DNA of 64,000 bases from Myxococcota bacterium (GTDB lineage Bacteria; Myxococcota_A; UBA9042; PHBI01; JAWLBL01), in contig JAWLBL010000004.1 in NCBI GenBank assembly GCA_041687695.1, positions 160,001-224,000 on the forward strand, in the 5' to 3' direction. This document shows, in pieces, positions 55,300 through 64,000 of the stretch; positions within the stretch are counted from its first letter, which is position 1, and each line of letters starts with the position of its first letter. Made by a program: the position numbers and the translations under genes. The notes under the pieces were generated by a model. That model saw only the letters and a list, made by a program, of their open reading frames with translations. It was not told where the DNA came from and ran no database searches.

Positions 55300-55369
55300 C
55301 GTCAGGCGTCGATGGCGGCGGGGTCCGTCAGGCGCCGATGGCGGCGGGGTCCGTCAGGCGCCGATGGCG
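55300..55369. repeat. 26-bp tandem repeat (2.7 copies) including the PQQ-gene stop codon
   Basis: CGTCAGGCG(T/C)CGATGGCGGCGGGGTC at 55300 and 55326, partial at 55352. Confidence 0.85.
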
Positions 55370-56661
55370 AAGAAGGTGCCGCCGGCGTGGCCGACGTAGA
55401 TGCGGCCGTCGACGATGCACGGCGTCGAGTGGATGCGCGCGCCCAGGCTCAGCTCCCAGACGAGCTGGCCCTTGGCCGTGTCGAAGCAGCGCAGCTTGCC
55501 GTCGGTGGCGCCGATGACCACGCGGTCGTCGACGACGCAGGCGCTCGACCAGGTGGTCGCGCCCAGCTTGACCTCCCACTTCGGCTTGCCGGTCAGCGCG
55601 TCGAGGGCGAAGAAGCGGCCGCCGGCGCTGGCGATGTAGACGACGCCGTCGGTGACCGCCGGGGTGGACCAGAAGCCGCCGGGGCCCTTGACCTTCCAGG
55701 TCTGCTTGCCGGTGGCGCGCTCGAAGGCGAAGGCGTAGGGGCTGCCGTCCTGGGCGGCGATGTAGACGTGGTCGCCCCAGATGACCGGCGAGCCGTCGGT
55801 GTCGTCGCCGGTGTTGGCCTTCCAGCGCTCTTCGCCCGTCTTGGCGTCGAGGCAGAACACGTCGCCGAAGTAGGTCGCGCAGTAGTACTCGCCGTCGGCG
55901 ACGGCGGGCGAGGTCTCGCTGCCGTACGAGCCGGTCTTGCGGCCCTTGTGCAGGCCGTCGACGAAGGTCTTCCAGCGCAGCTCGCCCGTCCTGGGGTCGA
56001 GGCAGCGCGCCCAGCCGTTCTCGCCGGCGATGTACAGGCGCCCGTCGACGACGCAGGGCGACGAGTCGAGGTCGCGGCCGGTGTCGAGGCGCCAGACGAC
56101 CTGGCCCGTGGCGGCGTCGATGCAGCGCAGCCAGTCGTCGACGTTGCCGATGTACAGGCGGTTTTCGAACAGGCAGGCGCTGCCCTTGAACTGGCGGCCG
56201 CCCTTGTAGCGCCAGCGCAGCTTGCCGGTCTCGGCCTCGAAGGCGTACAGGTGGCAGCCCTGGCTGCCGATGAAGACGTAGTCGCCCAGCTTGACGGCCT
56301 GGCCGGTCCAGCCGGTGCCCGCCCAGACGTGCGGGGTGCCGTAGTACATCGCCGGGAAGTCGATCATCCGGTGGCGCCACAGGATGCGCGGCGCGTCGGG
56401 GATGGGGCCGGTGCCGTAGAAGGTGTGGGCCGGGTTGCCGCGGAACATCAGCACGGCGTCGAGGGCGGCCGAGGCGTCGCCGTGGGCCCAGGGCGGCAGC
56501 GCGAGCGGGCCGCCGTGGGTCTCCTCGGGGCGGTCGCGGCGGCCGTCTCCGGTGACGGGCTCGTCGCTGCCGCGGGCGAGGGCGGCGGGGGTCAGGGCCA
56601 GGGAGCCCAGGGCGGCGGCGGCCGAGCCCAGGAAGGTGCGGCGGGACAGGGGGGGCGGGAT
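55354..56661 (-). CDS. Tat-exported PQQ-like beta-propeller protein; ATC start proposed (alternative ATG at 56739)
   Basis: SRRTFL twin-arginine signal; repeated D..TG...W blades; GAGGAGG 5 nt before the ATC. Confidence 0.85.
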   Translation of the reverse strand: MPPPLSRRTFLGSAAAALGSLALTPAALARGSDEPVTGDGRRDRPEETHGGPLALPPWAHGDASAALDAVLMFRGNPAHTFYGTGPIPDAPRILWRHRMIDFPAMYYGTPHVWAGTGWTGQAVKLGDYVFIGSQGCHLYAFEAETGKLRWRYKGGRQFKGSACLFENRLYIGNVDDWLRCIDAATGQVVWRLDTGRDLDSSPCVVDGRLYIAGENGWARCLDPRTGELRWKTFVDGLHKGRKTGSYGSETSPAVADGEYYCATYFGDVFCLDAKTGEERWKANTGDDTDGSPVIWGDHVYIAAQDGSPYAFAFERATGKQTWKVKGPGGFWSTPAVTDGVVYIASAGGRFFALDALTGKPKWEVKLGATTWSSACVVDDRVVIGATDGKLRCFDTAKGQLVWELSLGARIHSTPCIVDGRIYVGHAGGTFFAIGA

Positions 56662-56874
56662 GGCGTCCTCCTCGGGCGAGCGGGGGAGCCGGTCTGTACC
56701 ACAGGCGGGGCGGTCGGGGCCACGATCGCCCCGGGGCATGACGTCGGTGACGGCCGTGTTGCGATGCGGTCACGGAGCGATCCGGTTCGGGGCTTTACTA
56801 ACCCCTTGCAGCTGGGGTAGGAACGCCCGCACCACACGACTTACGAACCCGAAATAGGACAGGAGGCGAAGGCG

Positions 56875-58650
56875 ATGGCACGCACCGTCATGGAGGTCTT
56901 CGAGCAGACCGTGAAGCATCACGGCCACGAGCCGGCGATGAAGGTCAAGCGCAACGGGGCCTGGCAGACGACGACCTGGAAGCAGTACCACGACGCGGCC
57001 AGCCGCGCCGCGCGAGGGTTCATGCACCTCGGGCTCGAGCCCGGGCAGGGCGTGTCCATCATCGGGTACAACTGCCCCGAGTGGTTCGAGGCCGACATCG
57101 GCGCGATCATGGCGGGCGGCGTGCCGGCGGGCATCTACACGACCAGCAGCGCCGATCAGTGCCAGTACATCACCGACCACTGCGACGCCGCCGTCGCCGT
57201 CGTCGAGAACGCCGAGCACCTCGCCAAGTTCAAGGCCGTGCGGGACCAGCTCCCGAAGCTCAAGGCCATCGTGATGATCGAGGGCGAGGACGCCGATGAG
57301 GGCGTCTACTCGTGGAAGCAGCTGCTCGAGCTGGGCGACAAGGTCTCCGACAAGGACCTCGCCAAGCGCATCGAGGCCCAAAAGCCCGACGACGTCTGCA
57401 CGCTCATCTACACCTCGGGCACCACCGGGCAGCCCAAGGCCGTGATGATCACCCACAACAACATCACCTGGACGGCGCGGGCGGCCCTCGAGGCGGTCGG
57501 CATGGAGCCGGGTGACCGCGTCGCCAGCTACCTGCCGCTGAGCCACATCGCCGAGCAGGTCGTGTCGCTGCACGGCCCGATGGTCATCGGGGCCTGCACC
57601 TGGTTCGCCGAGAGCGTGGACGCCCTGGGCGACAACCTGCGCGAGATCCGGCCGAACGTCTTCCTGGGCGTGCCGCGCGTGTGGGAGAAGATCCAGGCCA
57701 AGGTCATGGCCGCGGGCGCGCAGAACCCGCCGCTCAAGAAGAAGATCAGCGCCTGGGCGCGCAAGCTCGGCCTCGAGGGTGGCTACGCCGAGCAGAACGG
57801 GCGGCCCAAGCCCCTCATGTACCCGCTGGCCAACAAGCTGGTCTTCTCGAAGGTCCGCGAGAAGCTGGGCCTCGACCAGTGCCGCGTGCAGATCACGTCG
57901 GCGGCGCCCATCTCGAAGGACACGCTCGAGTTCTTCCTCAGCCTCGGCATCCCGATCTACGAGGTCTACGGGATGAGCGAGTGCACGGGCCCGGCGACCA
58001 TCTCGCTGCCCAACAAGTACCGCACCGCCAAGGCCGGCTTCGTGCTGCCGGGGGCCGAGCTGAAGATCGCCGAGGACGGCGAGGTCTGCATGCGCGGCAA
58101 CCACGTCTTCAAGGGGTACTTCAAGAACCCCGAGGCGACCGCCGAGACCATCGACGCCGAGGGCTGGCTGCACTCCGGTGACATCGGGACCATCGACTCC
58201 GAGGGGTTCCTGCAGATCACCGACCGCAAAAAAGATCTGCTCATCACCGCCGGCGGCGAGAACATCGCGCCGCAGGTCATCGAGGGCATGCTCAAGGGCA
58301 TCCCGGTGGTGGGGCAGGCCGTGGTCGTGGGCGATCGCCGCAAGTTCCTGGCGGCGCTGCTGACGCTCGACCCCGAGCGCATCGTGCAGGAGTGCAAGGC
58401 GGCGGGCAGCCCGGCGACCGACGTGACGTCGGCGGCCAGCTGCGACATCTTCCGCAAGCACCTGCAGGGCCAGCTCGACGCGGTCAACCAGAGCCTGGCG
58501 CGGGTCCAGACCATCAAGAAGTGGACCATCATCCCGGCCGAGTTCACGATCGAGGGCGGCGAGCTGACCCCGACCATGAAGATCAAGCGCAAGGTGGTCA
58601 ACGAGAAGTACGCCCAGCAGATCGAGGGCATGTACACCGGCGCGGCCTGA
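56875..58650 (+). CDS. Long-chain fatty acid-CoA ligase
   Basis: YTSGTTGQPK, YGMSE, GWLHSGD, DRKKD, ELTPTMK. Confidence 0.95.
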   Translation: MARTVMEVFEQTVKHHGHEPAMKVKRNGAWQTTTWKQYHDAASRAARGFMHLGLEPGQGVSIIGYNCPEWFEADIGAIMAGGVPAGIYTTSSADQCQYITDHCDAAVAVVENAEHLAKFKAVRDQLPKLKAIVMIEGEDADEGVYSWKQLLELGDKVSDKDLAKRIEAQKPDDVCTLIYTSGTTGQPKAVMITHNNITWTARAALEAVGMEPGDRVASYLPLSHIAEQVVSLHGPMVIGACTWFAESVDALGDNLREIRPNVFLGVPRVWEKIQAKVMAAGAQNPPLKKKISAWARKLGLEGGYAEQNGRPKPLMYPLANKLVFSKVREKLGLDQCRVQITSAAPISKDTLEFFLSLGIPIYEVYGMSECTGPATISLPNKYRTAKAGFVLPGAELKIAEDGEVCMRGNHVFKGYFKNPEATAETIDAEGWLHSGDIGTIDSEGFLQITDRKKDLLITAGGENIAPQVIEGMLKGIPVVGQAVVVGDRRKFLAALLTLDPERIVQECKAAGSPATDVTSAASCDIFRKHLQGQLDAVNQSLARVQTIKKWTIIPAEFTIEGGELTPTMKIKRKVVNEKYAQQIEGMYTGAA

Positions 58651-58699
58651 CGGGTCCCGCGCGCGGGGCGGCGGTCGGCGTCGCCTCGCGCCGCGCGGG

Positions 58700-60091
58700 T
58701 TACTCGGCGTCGGGCGCCGGCTCGTCGGCCGGCGGCGGGCCGAAGGCGATGCGGGCGCCGGCCTCGACCGAGCGCAGCACGACGAACTCCTCTGGGGCCA
58801 GCCTTCGCTGGCCCTGCCACTTTCGAAGGGTGTCGCTCGCGCGTGTGCCGGCGTCCTGGCGCACCAGGGCCTCGGCCAGGCCTCCCAGGGCGACGTGGTC
58901 GCTCGGGTCCTTGGCCAGCCGCGCCTCGAAGGCGGCCTGCGCGGCCTTCGGGTCGCCCAGGCGCAGGGCGGCCTCGCCCTCGAGGTAGCGGGCCTCGTCG
59001 TCGGTCGCGCCGGCCAGGACCGCCGCCGCCAGCTCGGGGCGGCCGCCGACCAGGGCCTGCCGGGCGGCGACCAGCGCGTCTGGCGTGGGCGTCGCGATCT
59101 CGGGGGTCAGCTCCGTCAGCTGCGCCTCCTCGAGCTTCAGCTCGAGCAGGGCCAGGTGGCGCCGGACCAGGGCCCGGTCGGGGTCCAGGGCCAGCGCCTG
59201 GCGCCAGCGGCGGGCGGCGGCGCGCGGGTCGTTCATGACGGCGTGGACGGCGCCCAGCTTGTACAGCAGGACGACGTCGTCGGGTGACCCGGCGAGGGCG
59301 GCCTCGTAGGCGGTCAGCGCCTCGACGTAGCGGGCCTGCGCGAAGGCGTCGTCCCCTGGGTGGGCCGGCAGGTCGCCGGCCTCGGGGAGCGGCTCGGCGG
59401 GCGCGTCGGCCTGGGCGGCCCGAGGCGGGGCTTCAGTGGGGCGCTCGGAGTCGGCGAGGGCAGGGGTGACGCCGGGGTCCTGGGCCACGACGCCGTCGCG
59501 GATGAGGCGGGCGGCGGCCTGGCGCACCTCGAGGGCCTGGGGGCCGTTCGGGTCGCCGTGCCGCTCGAGGAAGCGCTCCATGGCCCACAGGGCGGCCGCG
59601 TTGTGCTTGCGGGCCTGGAAGACGTGGGCCAGCGCGTAGTAGGCCGGCGCGTCGTCCGGCTTGAAGGTGAGGAAGCGGGTCAGGGCGGCGGCGGCTGGCT
59701 CGTGCTGGCCCTGGCGGCGGAGGACCTCGCCGAGGTTGGCCCAGGCCTCGGCCAGCTCGGGGTCGAGGGAGACGGCCTCTTGCAGGTGGTCGGCGGCGGC
59801 GTCGAGGCGGCCGGCGCGCGCCTCGAGGAAGCCCAACTCGTTGTGGACCAGCGGGTAGGCGGGCCAGGCGGCGAGCGCCTGTCGGTACAGCTCCAGCGCG
59901 CGGTCGCGTTGGCCGCGCTGGGCGGCGACCTGGGCCTGCTCCTTGAGCTGCCGGGCCAGCGTCTGGCGGGCCTTGGCGTCGGCCGACAGCGGCGCGGAGG
60001 CCGGCGCGGGCGCGGCCGGCGCGGGCTGGGCCGCCGCGGCGCAGGGGAGGGCGAGGAGGCTGGCGGCGAGGAGGCGAGGCACGAGGCGCAT
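58700..60091 (-). CDS. Secreted TPR protein
   Basis: Signal peptide; several TPR motifs (AWANLG, YKLG). Confidence 0.82.
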   Translation of the reverse strand: MRLVPRLLAASLLALPCAAAAQPAPAAPAPASAPLSADAKARQTLARQLKEQAQVAAQRGQRDRALELYRQALAAWPAYPLVHNELGFLEARAGRLDAAADHLQEAVSLDPELAEAWANLGEVLRRQGQHEPAAAALTRFLTFKPDDAPAYYALAHVFQARKHNAAALWAMERFLERHGDPNGPQALEVRQAAARLIRDGVVAQDPGVTPALADSERPTEAPPRAAQADAPAEPLPEAGDLPAHPGDDAFAQARYVEALTAYEAALAGSPDDVVLLYKLGAVHAVMNDPRAAARRWRQALALDPDRALVRRHLALLELKLEEAQLTELTPEIATPTPDALVAARQALVGGRPELAAAVLAGATDDEARYLEGEAALRLGDPKAAQAAFEARLAKDPSDHVALGGLAEALVRQDAGTRASDTLRKWQGQRRLAPEEFVVLRSVEAGARIAFGPPPADEPAPDAE

Positions 60092-60317
60092 GGGCGGCAC
60101 GATCCCACAGGGGCGGGGTCGGATCAAGGAAGCCGGGCGGGCGGCCCCTGGGCGTGCAGCGGCCGGCGCCATGGCCACGGCTCATGGCCATTGGCACGGC
60201 CACCGGCTCGGCACACCGCCGCGGCCAGGTCCACGGCGCGCGCGGCCTTCGTCGCGGCCTTGCCTTCGGCCGGCGCAGCCCGGACAATCGGCCGCCCTGC
60301 GTGGAGGACGCCCCGTC

Positions 60318-61514
60318 ATGACCCAGCCGAGCCTTCCAGACGCCCGTGGACACTTCGGCCCCTACGGGGGGCGGTACGTGTCCGAGATCCTGATGCCGAA
60401 CCTGCTCGCCCTCGAGGAGGCCTGGCGGACCGTCGTGCCGAGCGAGGCGTTCCAGGCCGAGCTGGACGACCTGCTGACCCACTTCGTGGGCCGTCCGTCG
60501 CCGCTGTACCTGGCCGAGCGGCTGACCGCGCACGCGGGCGGGGCGCGGATCTGGCTCAAGCGCGAGGACCTGAACCACACGGGCGCGCACAAGATCAACA
60601 ACTGCGTCGGGCAGGTGCTGCTGGCGCGGCACATGGGCAAGCGGCGCATCATCGCCGAGACGGGCGCCGGGCAGCACGGCGTCGCGACCGCGACGGTGGC
60701 GGCGCGCTTCGGCATGTCCTGCGTGGTCTACATGGGCGAGGAGGACATCGCCCGACAGAAGCTGAACGTGTTCCGGATGAAGCTGCTGGGCGCCGAGGTG
60801 CGGCCGGTGTCGGCCGGGTCGAAGACGCTCAAGGACGCGATGAACGAGGCGATGCGCGACTGGGTTTCGAACGTCGACGACACCTTCTACGTCATCGGCT
60901 CGGCGGCGGGGCCGCATCCGTATCCGGCGATGGTGCGCGACTTCCAGGCGATCATCGGGCGCGAGGCGCGCGAGCAGTCGCTGCGGCGCATGGGGCGGCT
61001 GCCGGACGTGCTGGTCGCCTGCGTGGGCGGCGGGTCGAACGCCATCGGGCTGTTCCACCCGTTCCTGGACGACGACGTGACGATGCTGGGCGTCGAGGCC
61101 GAGGGCGAGGGGATCGCCAGCGGGAGGCACGCGGCGACCCTGGTGGCCGGGCGGGTCGGCGTGCTGCACGGCGCCAAGAGCTACCTGCTGCAGGACGAAG
61201 ACGGGCAGGTGACCGAGACGCACAGCATCTCGGCGGGCCTCGACTACCCGGGCGTCGGGCCCGAGCACGCGTGGCTCAAGGACGCGGGGCGCGTCCGGTA
61301 CGTCTCGGTGACCGACGACGAGGCGCTCGAGGGGTTCCGGCTGATGTGCGAGCTCGAGGGCATCATCCCGGCGCTCGAGTCGAGCCACGCGGTGGCGGCG
61401 GCGCTGACGGCGGCCGCGCAGCTGCCGGCCGAGGGCAACGTGCTGGTCAACCTGAGCGGGCGTGGCGACAAGGACACGCACACGGTCGCGGCGGCGCGCG
61501 GCGTGGTGCTGTGA
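60318..61514 (+). CDS. trpB: Tryptophan synthase beta chain
   Basis: [41 protein letters not shown]. Confidence 0.97.
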   Translation: MTQPSLPDARGHFGPYGGRYVSEILMPNLLALEEAWRTVVPSEAFQAELDDLLTHFVGRPSPLYLAERLTAHAGGARIWLKREDLNHTGAHKINNCVGQVLLARHMGKRRIIAETGAGQHGVATATVAARFGMSCVVYMGEEDIARQKLNVFRMKLLGAEVRPVSAGSKTLKDAMNEAMRDWVSNVDDTFYVIGSAAGPHPYPAMVRDFQAIIGREAREQSLRRMGRLPDVLVACVGGGSNAIGLFHPFLDDDVTMLGVEAEGEGIASGRHAATLVAGRVGVLHGAKSYLLQDEDGQVTETHSISAGLDYPGVGPEHAWLKDAGRVRYVSVTDDEALEGFRLMCELEGIIPALESSHAVAAALTAAAQLPAEGNVLVNLSGRGDKDTHTVAAARGVVL

Positions 61515-61981
61515 GCGGGATCACGACCGAGTCGACCGACTACGAGCGCCTCGGGGGCGAGGAGGGGCTGCGCGTCGTCATCGAGGACTTCATGGCGCGC
61601 GTCTTCGCCGACGACATGATCGGCTTCCTGTTCGAGGGCAAGCCCAAGCGCCGCATCGTCGAGATGGAGCTGCGGCTGGCGGTCGAGCAGCTCGGCGGCC
61701 CGAAGCCTTACACGGGCCGCTCGATGAAGGAGGCCCACCGCCGGTCGCCCATCCTCGGGGGGCACTTTGCAAGGCGGCGGAAGATCCTGCAAAACACCCT
61801 GGAGGACCATGGCGTCGACGAGGACGTCATCGCGCGCTGGCTGGGCCACGTCGACGGGTTGCGCGACGAGGTGCTGGGGGCGGGCGTCTCCGAGCTGACC
61901 TGTAACCACGATCTGCAAGCGGCGCGGCTGACCGAGGGCGAGGACCCCGACGGCGCTCGCCGGGAACCGGAGGACGGATGA
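61511..61981 (+). CDS. Group I truncated hemoglobin
   Basis: YERLGG, D.MIGFLF, LGGP..YTGRSM..AH; GTGA overlap with trpB. Confidence 0.85.
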   Translation: MSGITTESTDYERLGGEEGLRVVIEDFMARVFADDMIGFLFEGKPKRRIVEMELRLAVEQLGGPKPYTGRSMKEAHRRSPILGGHFARRRKILQNTLEDHGVDEDVIARWLGHVDGLRDEVLGAGVSELTCNHDLQAARLTEGEDPDGARREPEDG

Positions 61982-62802
61982 TGCTGGCCCGAACCATCGC
62001 GCTGGGTGCGCTGCTGCTGGCCGCGCCGTCGGCGCTCGCCGACGACATCGAGCTCAAGGACCCGGCCGGCGACGACTTCGGCCCGGGCACCTACAAGTAC
62101 CCGACCGACGCCGTCTACAAGCGGGGCAGCTTCGATCTGCGCGAGGTGCAGCTGCTCGACAAGGGCGACAAGGTCGAGGTGCGCGTCACCGTCGGCGCGA
62201 CGATCGAGGATCCCTGGAACTCGAAGGAGTGGGACGGCAACGGGTTCTCGCTGCAGATGGTCCAGATCTACATCGACACCGACAACCAGGCGGGCAGCGG
62301 CCACACCGAGACGCTGCCGGGGCTCAACGCGACGTTCGCCGCCGAGGACGCCTGGGACAAGGTCATCATCCTGTCCCCGCAGGGCAAGCGGCGCCTCGAG
62401 GCCGAGGTCGCGCAGAAGGCCGGGGCCATGAAGGGGGCGGTCGTGGTGCCGACCAGGACGACGGCGCGCGGCAAGACGCTGATCGCGACCATCGCCAAGA
62501 AGGACCTGGGCGGGGCGCCCTCGAAGGCCTGGGGTTACCAGGTGGTGATGCAGTCGAACGAGGGGTATCCGGCGGCGACGGATCTGCTGAGCCGCAAGGT
62601 CAACGAGTACGAGGGGCAGCACCGCTTCGGGGGCGGCAGCGACCACGAGTGCGACCCGCACGTGCTCGACGCGCTCGTCGGGCCGGCCAAGGGCGAGGCG
62701 GCCGAGAAGGACGGGCAGAAGCAGGCCCTGAGCTACGAGTGCGGGCCCGAGGGCGAGCGCAAGCGGCCCGCCGTCCTGCCGATGGTCCGGCTCGGACGCT
62801 GA
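61978..62802 (+). CDS. Secreted glucodextranase-C/DOMON-like protein
   Basis: DP.GDD.GPGTY.YPTD, GFSLQ..IYID, LPGLN. Confidence 0.82.
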   Translation: MMLARTIALGALLLAAPSALADDIELKDPAGDDFGPGTYKYPTDAVYKRGSFDLREVQLLDKGDKVEVRVTVGATIEDPWNSKEWDGNGFSLQMVQIYIDTDNQAGSGHTETLPGLNATFAAEDAWDKVIILSPQGKRRLEAEVAQKAGAMKGAVVVPTRTTARGKTLIATIAKKDLGGAPSKAWGYQVVMQSNEGYPAATDLLSRKVNEYEGQHRFGGGSDHECDPHVLDALVGPAKGEAAEKDGQKQALSYECGPEGERKRPAVLPMVRLGR

Positions 62803-62803
62803 G

Positions 62804-63385
62804 GTGGAGCAGGGGCCTGCCGACGCGGCGGACCGGGACCTCGCGCGCGCGCCGGCCGCGGTCGACGCAACAGGCGCGCCCGAGTCGCCGATCTCGGACG
62901 CGGGGCTCGAGCAGGCGGCGGCGCGCGTGGCCGAGGCGCTGCGGCGGGTGCGCAAGCGCGCCCCCAAGGAGGTCACGCGCGCGGTCCGCGAGGCGCTCGA
63001 GGCGGTCTTCGCCGTCGTCGAGGGCGGGCAGCGCGCGCCGGCGCCGCGCGTGGCGCTGCTGCGGCGGCTCGAGGCGCTCGACGGCGAGCTGCACGCGCGC
63101 GACATCTTCGTGCCGCAGTTCTACGAGGGCGCGCGCCTGGCGGTCGTGCGGCGCTACGATCCGATCCGCATCCGGTTCGTCGTCGACGAGGGGGCGGCGC
63201 GGGCGCACATCGACCGCTACGTCGGGCGCATCGCGCGGCAGGAGCGGCGGCTGCGCTACTTCTACGAGCGGGCCGGGCTGCAGGTCGACCCGGTGCCCGA
63301 GCTGCGGCCGTGGGAGCAGCCCTACGCCGCCATGGAGGTCGACCGCGAGTTCCTGTGGCGCAAACCGCGGACGTTCAGCGGCTGA
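62804..63385 (+). CDS. Hypothetical protein
   Basis: In-operon spacing; coding-like codon usage. Confidence 0.6.
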   Translation: MEQGPADAADRDLARAPAAVDATGAPESPISDAGLEQAAARVAEALRRVRKRAPKEVTRAVREALEAVFAVVEGGQRAPAPRVALLRRLEALDGELHARDIFVPQFYEGARLAVVRRYDPIRIRFVVDEGAARAHIDRYVGRIARQERRLRYFYERAGLQVDPVPELRPWEQPYAAMEVDREFLWRKPRTFSG

Positions 63386-63500
63386 CACCGCGGTCCGGGC
63401 CGAAGGGAAGGGCGCGATCTTCACGGCGGGGGGGCCCGAGGGTATGGTGCGCGGCCACCCTGGACGAAGCCCCATCCCATCCGATCGAGGAGTCGACCTC

Positions 63501-63956
63501 ATGGTTCAGCCCGGCGAGCGCGCCCCGGACTTCAGCGTCACCGACCACCTGGGCAACACCTGGACCCTGGCGGACCTCAGCGGCCAATGGGCCGTGCTGT
63601 GGTTCTATCCCAAGGCCGACACGCCCGGCTGCACGGCCGAGGGCTGCGGCTTCCGCGACATGGCCAAGGAGTACGAGGCCCGCGGCGCGCGCATCCTGGG
63701 CGTCAGCTTCGACACGGCCGAGGACAACGCCGCCTTCGCCGACAAGTTCGGGTTCCAGTTCCCGCTGCTGTGCGACACCGACCGGGAGCTCGGGCGCAAG
63801 TTCGGCGCGGCGGACGGGGACGGCGCCTACGCCCGCCGCATCGGCGTCATCATCGACCCGAACGGGCGCGTCGCGGCCTATCACCCCTCGGTGAACGCGC
63901 GGACCTTCCCGGCCGAGGCCCTGGCCCAGATCGACGAGCTGCAGGGCCTGGCCTGA
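63501..63956 (+). CDS. bcp: Peroxiredoxin (BCP/PrxQ)
   Basis: GAGGAG ribosome-binding site; FYPKADTPGCTAEGC, GVSFD, FPLL.D. Confidence 0.9.
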   Translation: MVQPGERAPDFSVTDHLGNTWTLADLSGQWAVLWFYPKADTPGCTAEGCGFRDMAKEYEARGARILGVSFDTAEDNAAFADKFGFQFPLLCDTDRELGRKFGAADGDGAYARRIGVIIDPNGRVAAYHPSVNARTFPAEALAQIDELQGLA

Positions 63957-64000
63957 GGCCGACCGCGCGCACGCGGGTGGACCGCCGGGCGCCGCTGCTG

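Noticed and set aside
55300..55369. CRISPR array
   Set aside because: Contiguous tandem repeats with no unique spacers; no cas genes
63501..63956. Selenocysteine in the peroxiredoxin
   Set aside because: Active-site codons are TGC; there is no in-frame TGA

Overview
Very GC-rich bacterial chromosome segment. The gene content (many Cys-rich lipoproteins, DUF3568 and DUF507 proteins, IgGFc-binding and MopE-like repeats) suggests a myxobacterium-like organism; this is an inference. About 50 genes, mostly housekeeping or envelope related: gltBD, dusB, lgt, trpB, a ubiB-like kinase, tandem NAD-IDH paralogues, ABC transporters, rhomboids and bcp. The standout is a ~2.2 kb stretch with no credible ORF (about 36.94-39.14 kb) that reads as one giant, elaborately structured RNA on the minus strand. 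Its 5' and 3' ends pair, it has its own intrinsic terminator and many UUCG/GNRA-capped hairpins, and it holds nine copies of one 3x3 internal loop (GAA opposite A[A/U/G]G) whose flanking helices differ in sequence but stay complementary. Four of these helices close successive domains. Secondary points: a SIR2 gene plus a small ORF, a RusA gene plus a PD-(D/E)xK/pPIWI-associated-nuclease-like gene (both candidate defence cassettes), a pair of DnaA boxes, two genes that probably start at ATC, a eukaryote-like heteromeric IDH pair, and a zinc phospholipase C-like domain fused to a beta-barrel. All calls come from reading motifs by eye; no searches or folding programs were run.
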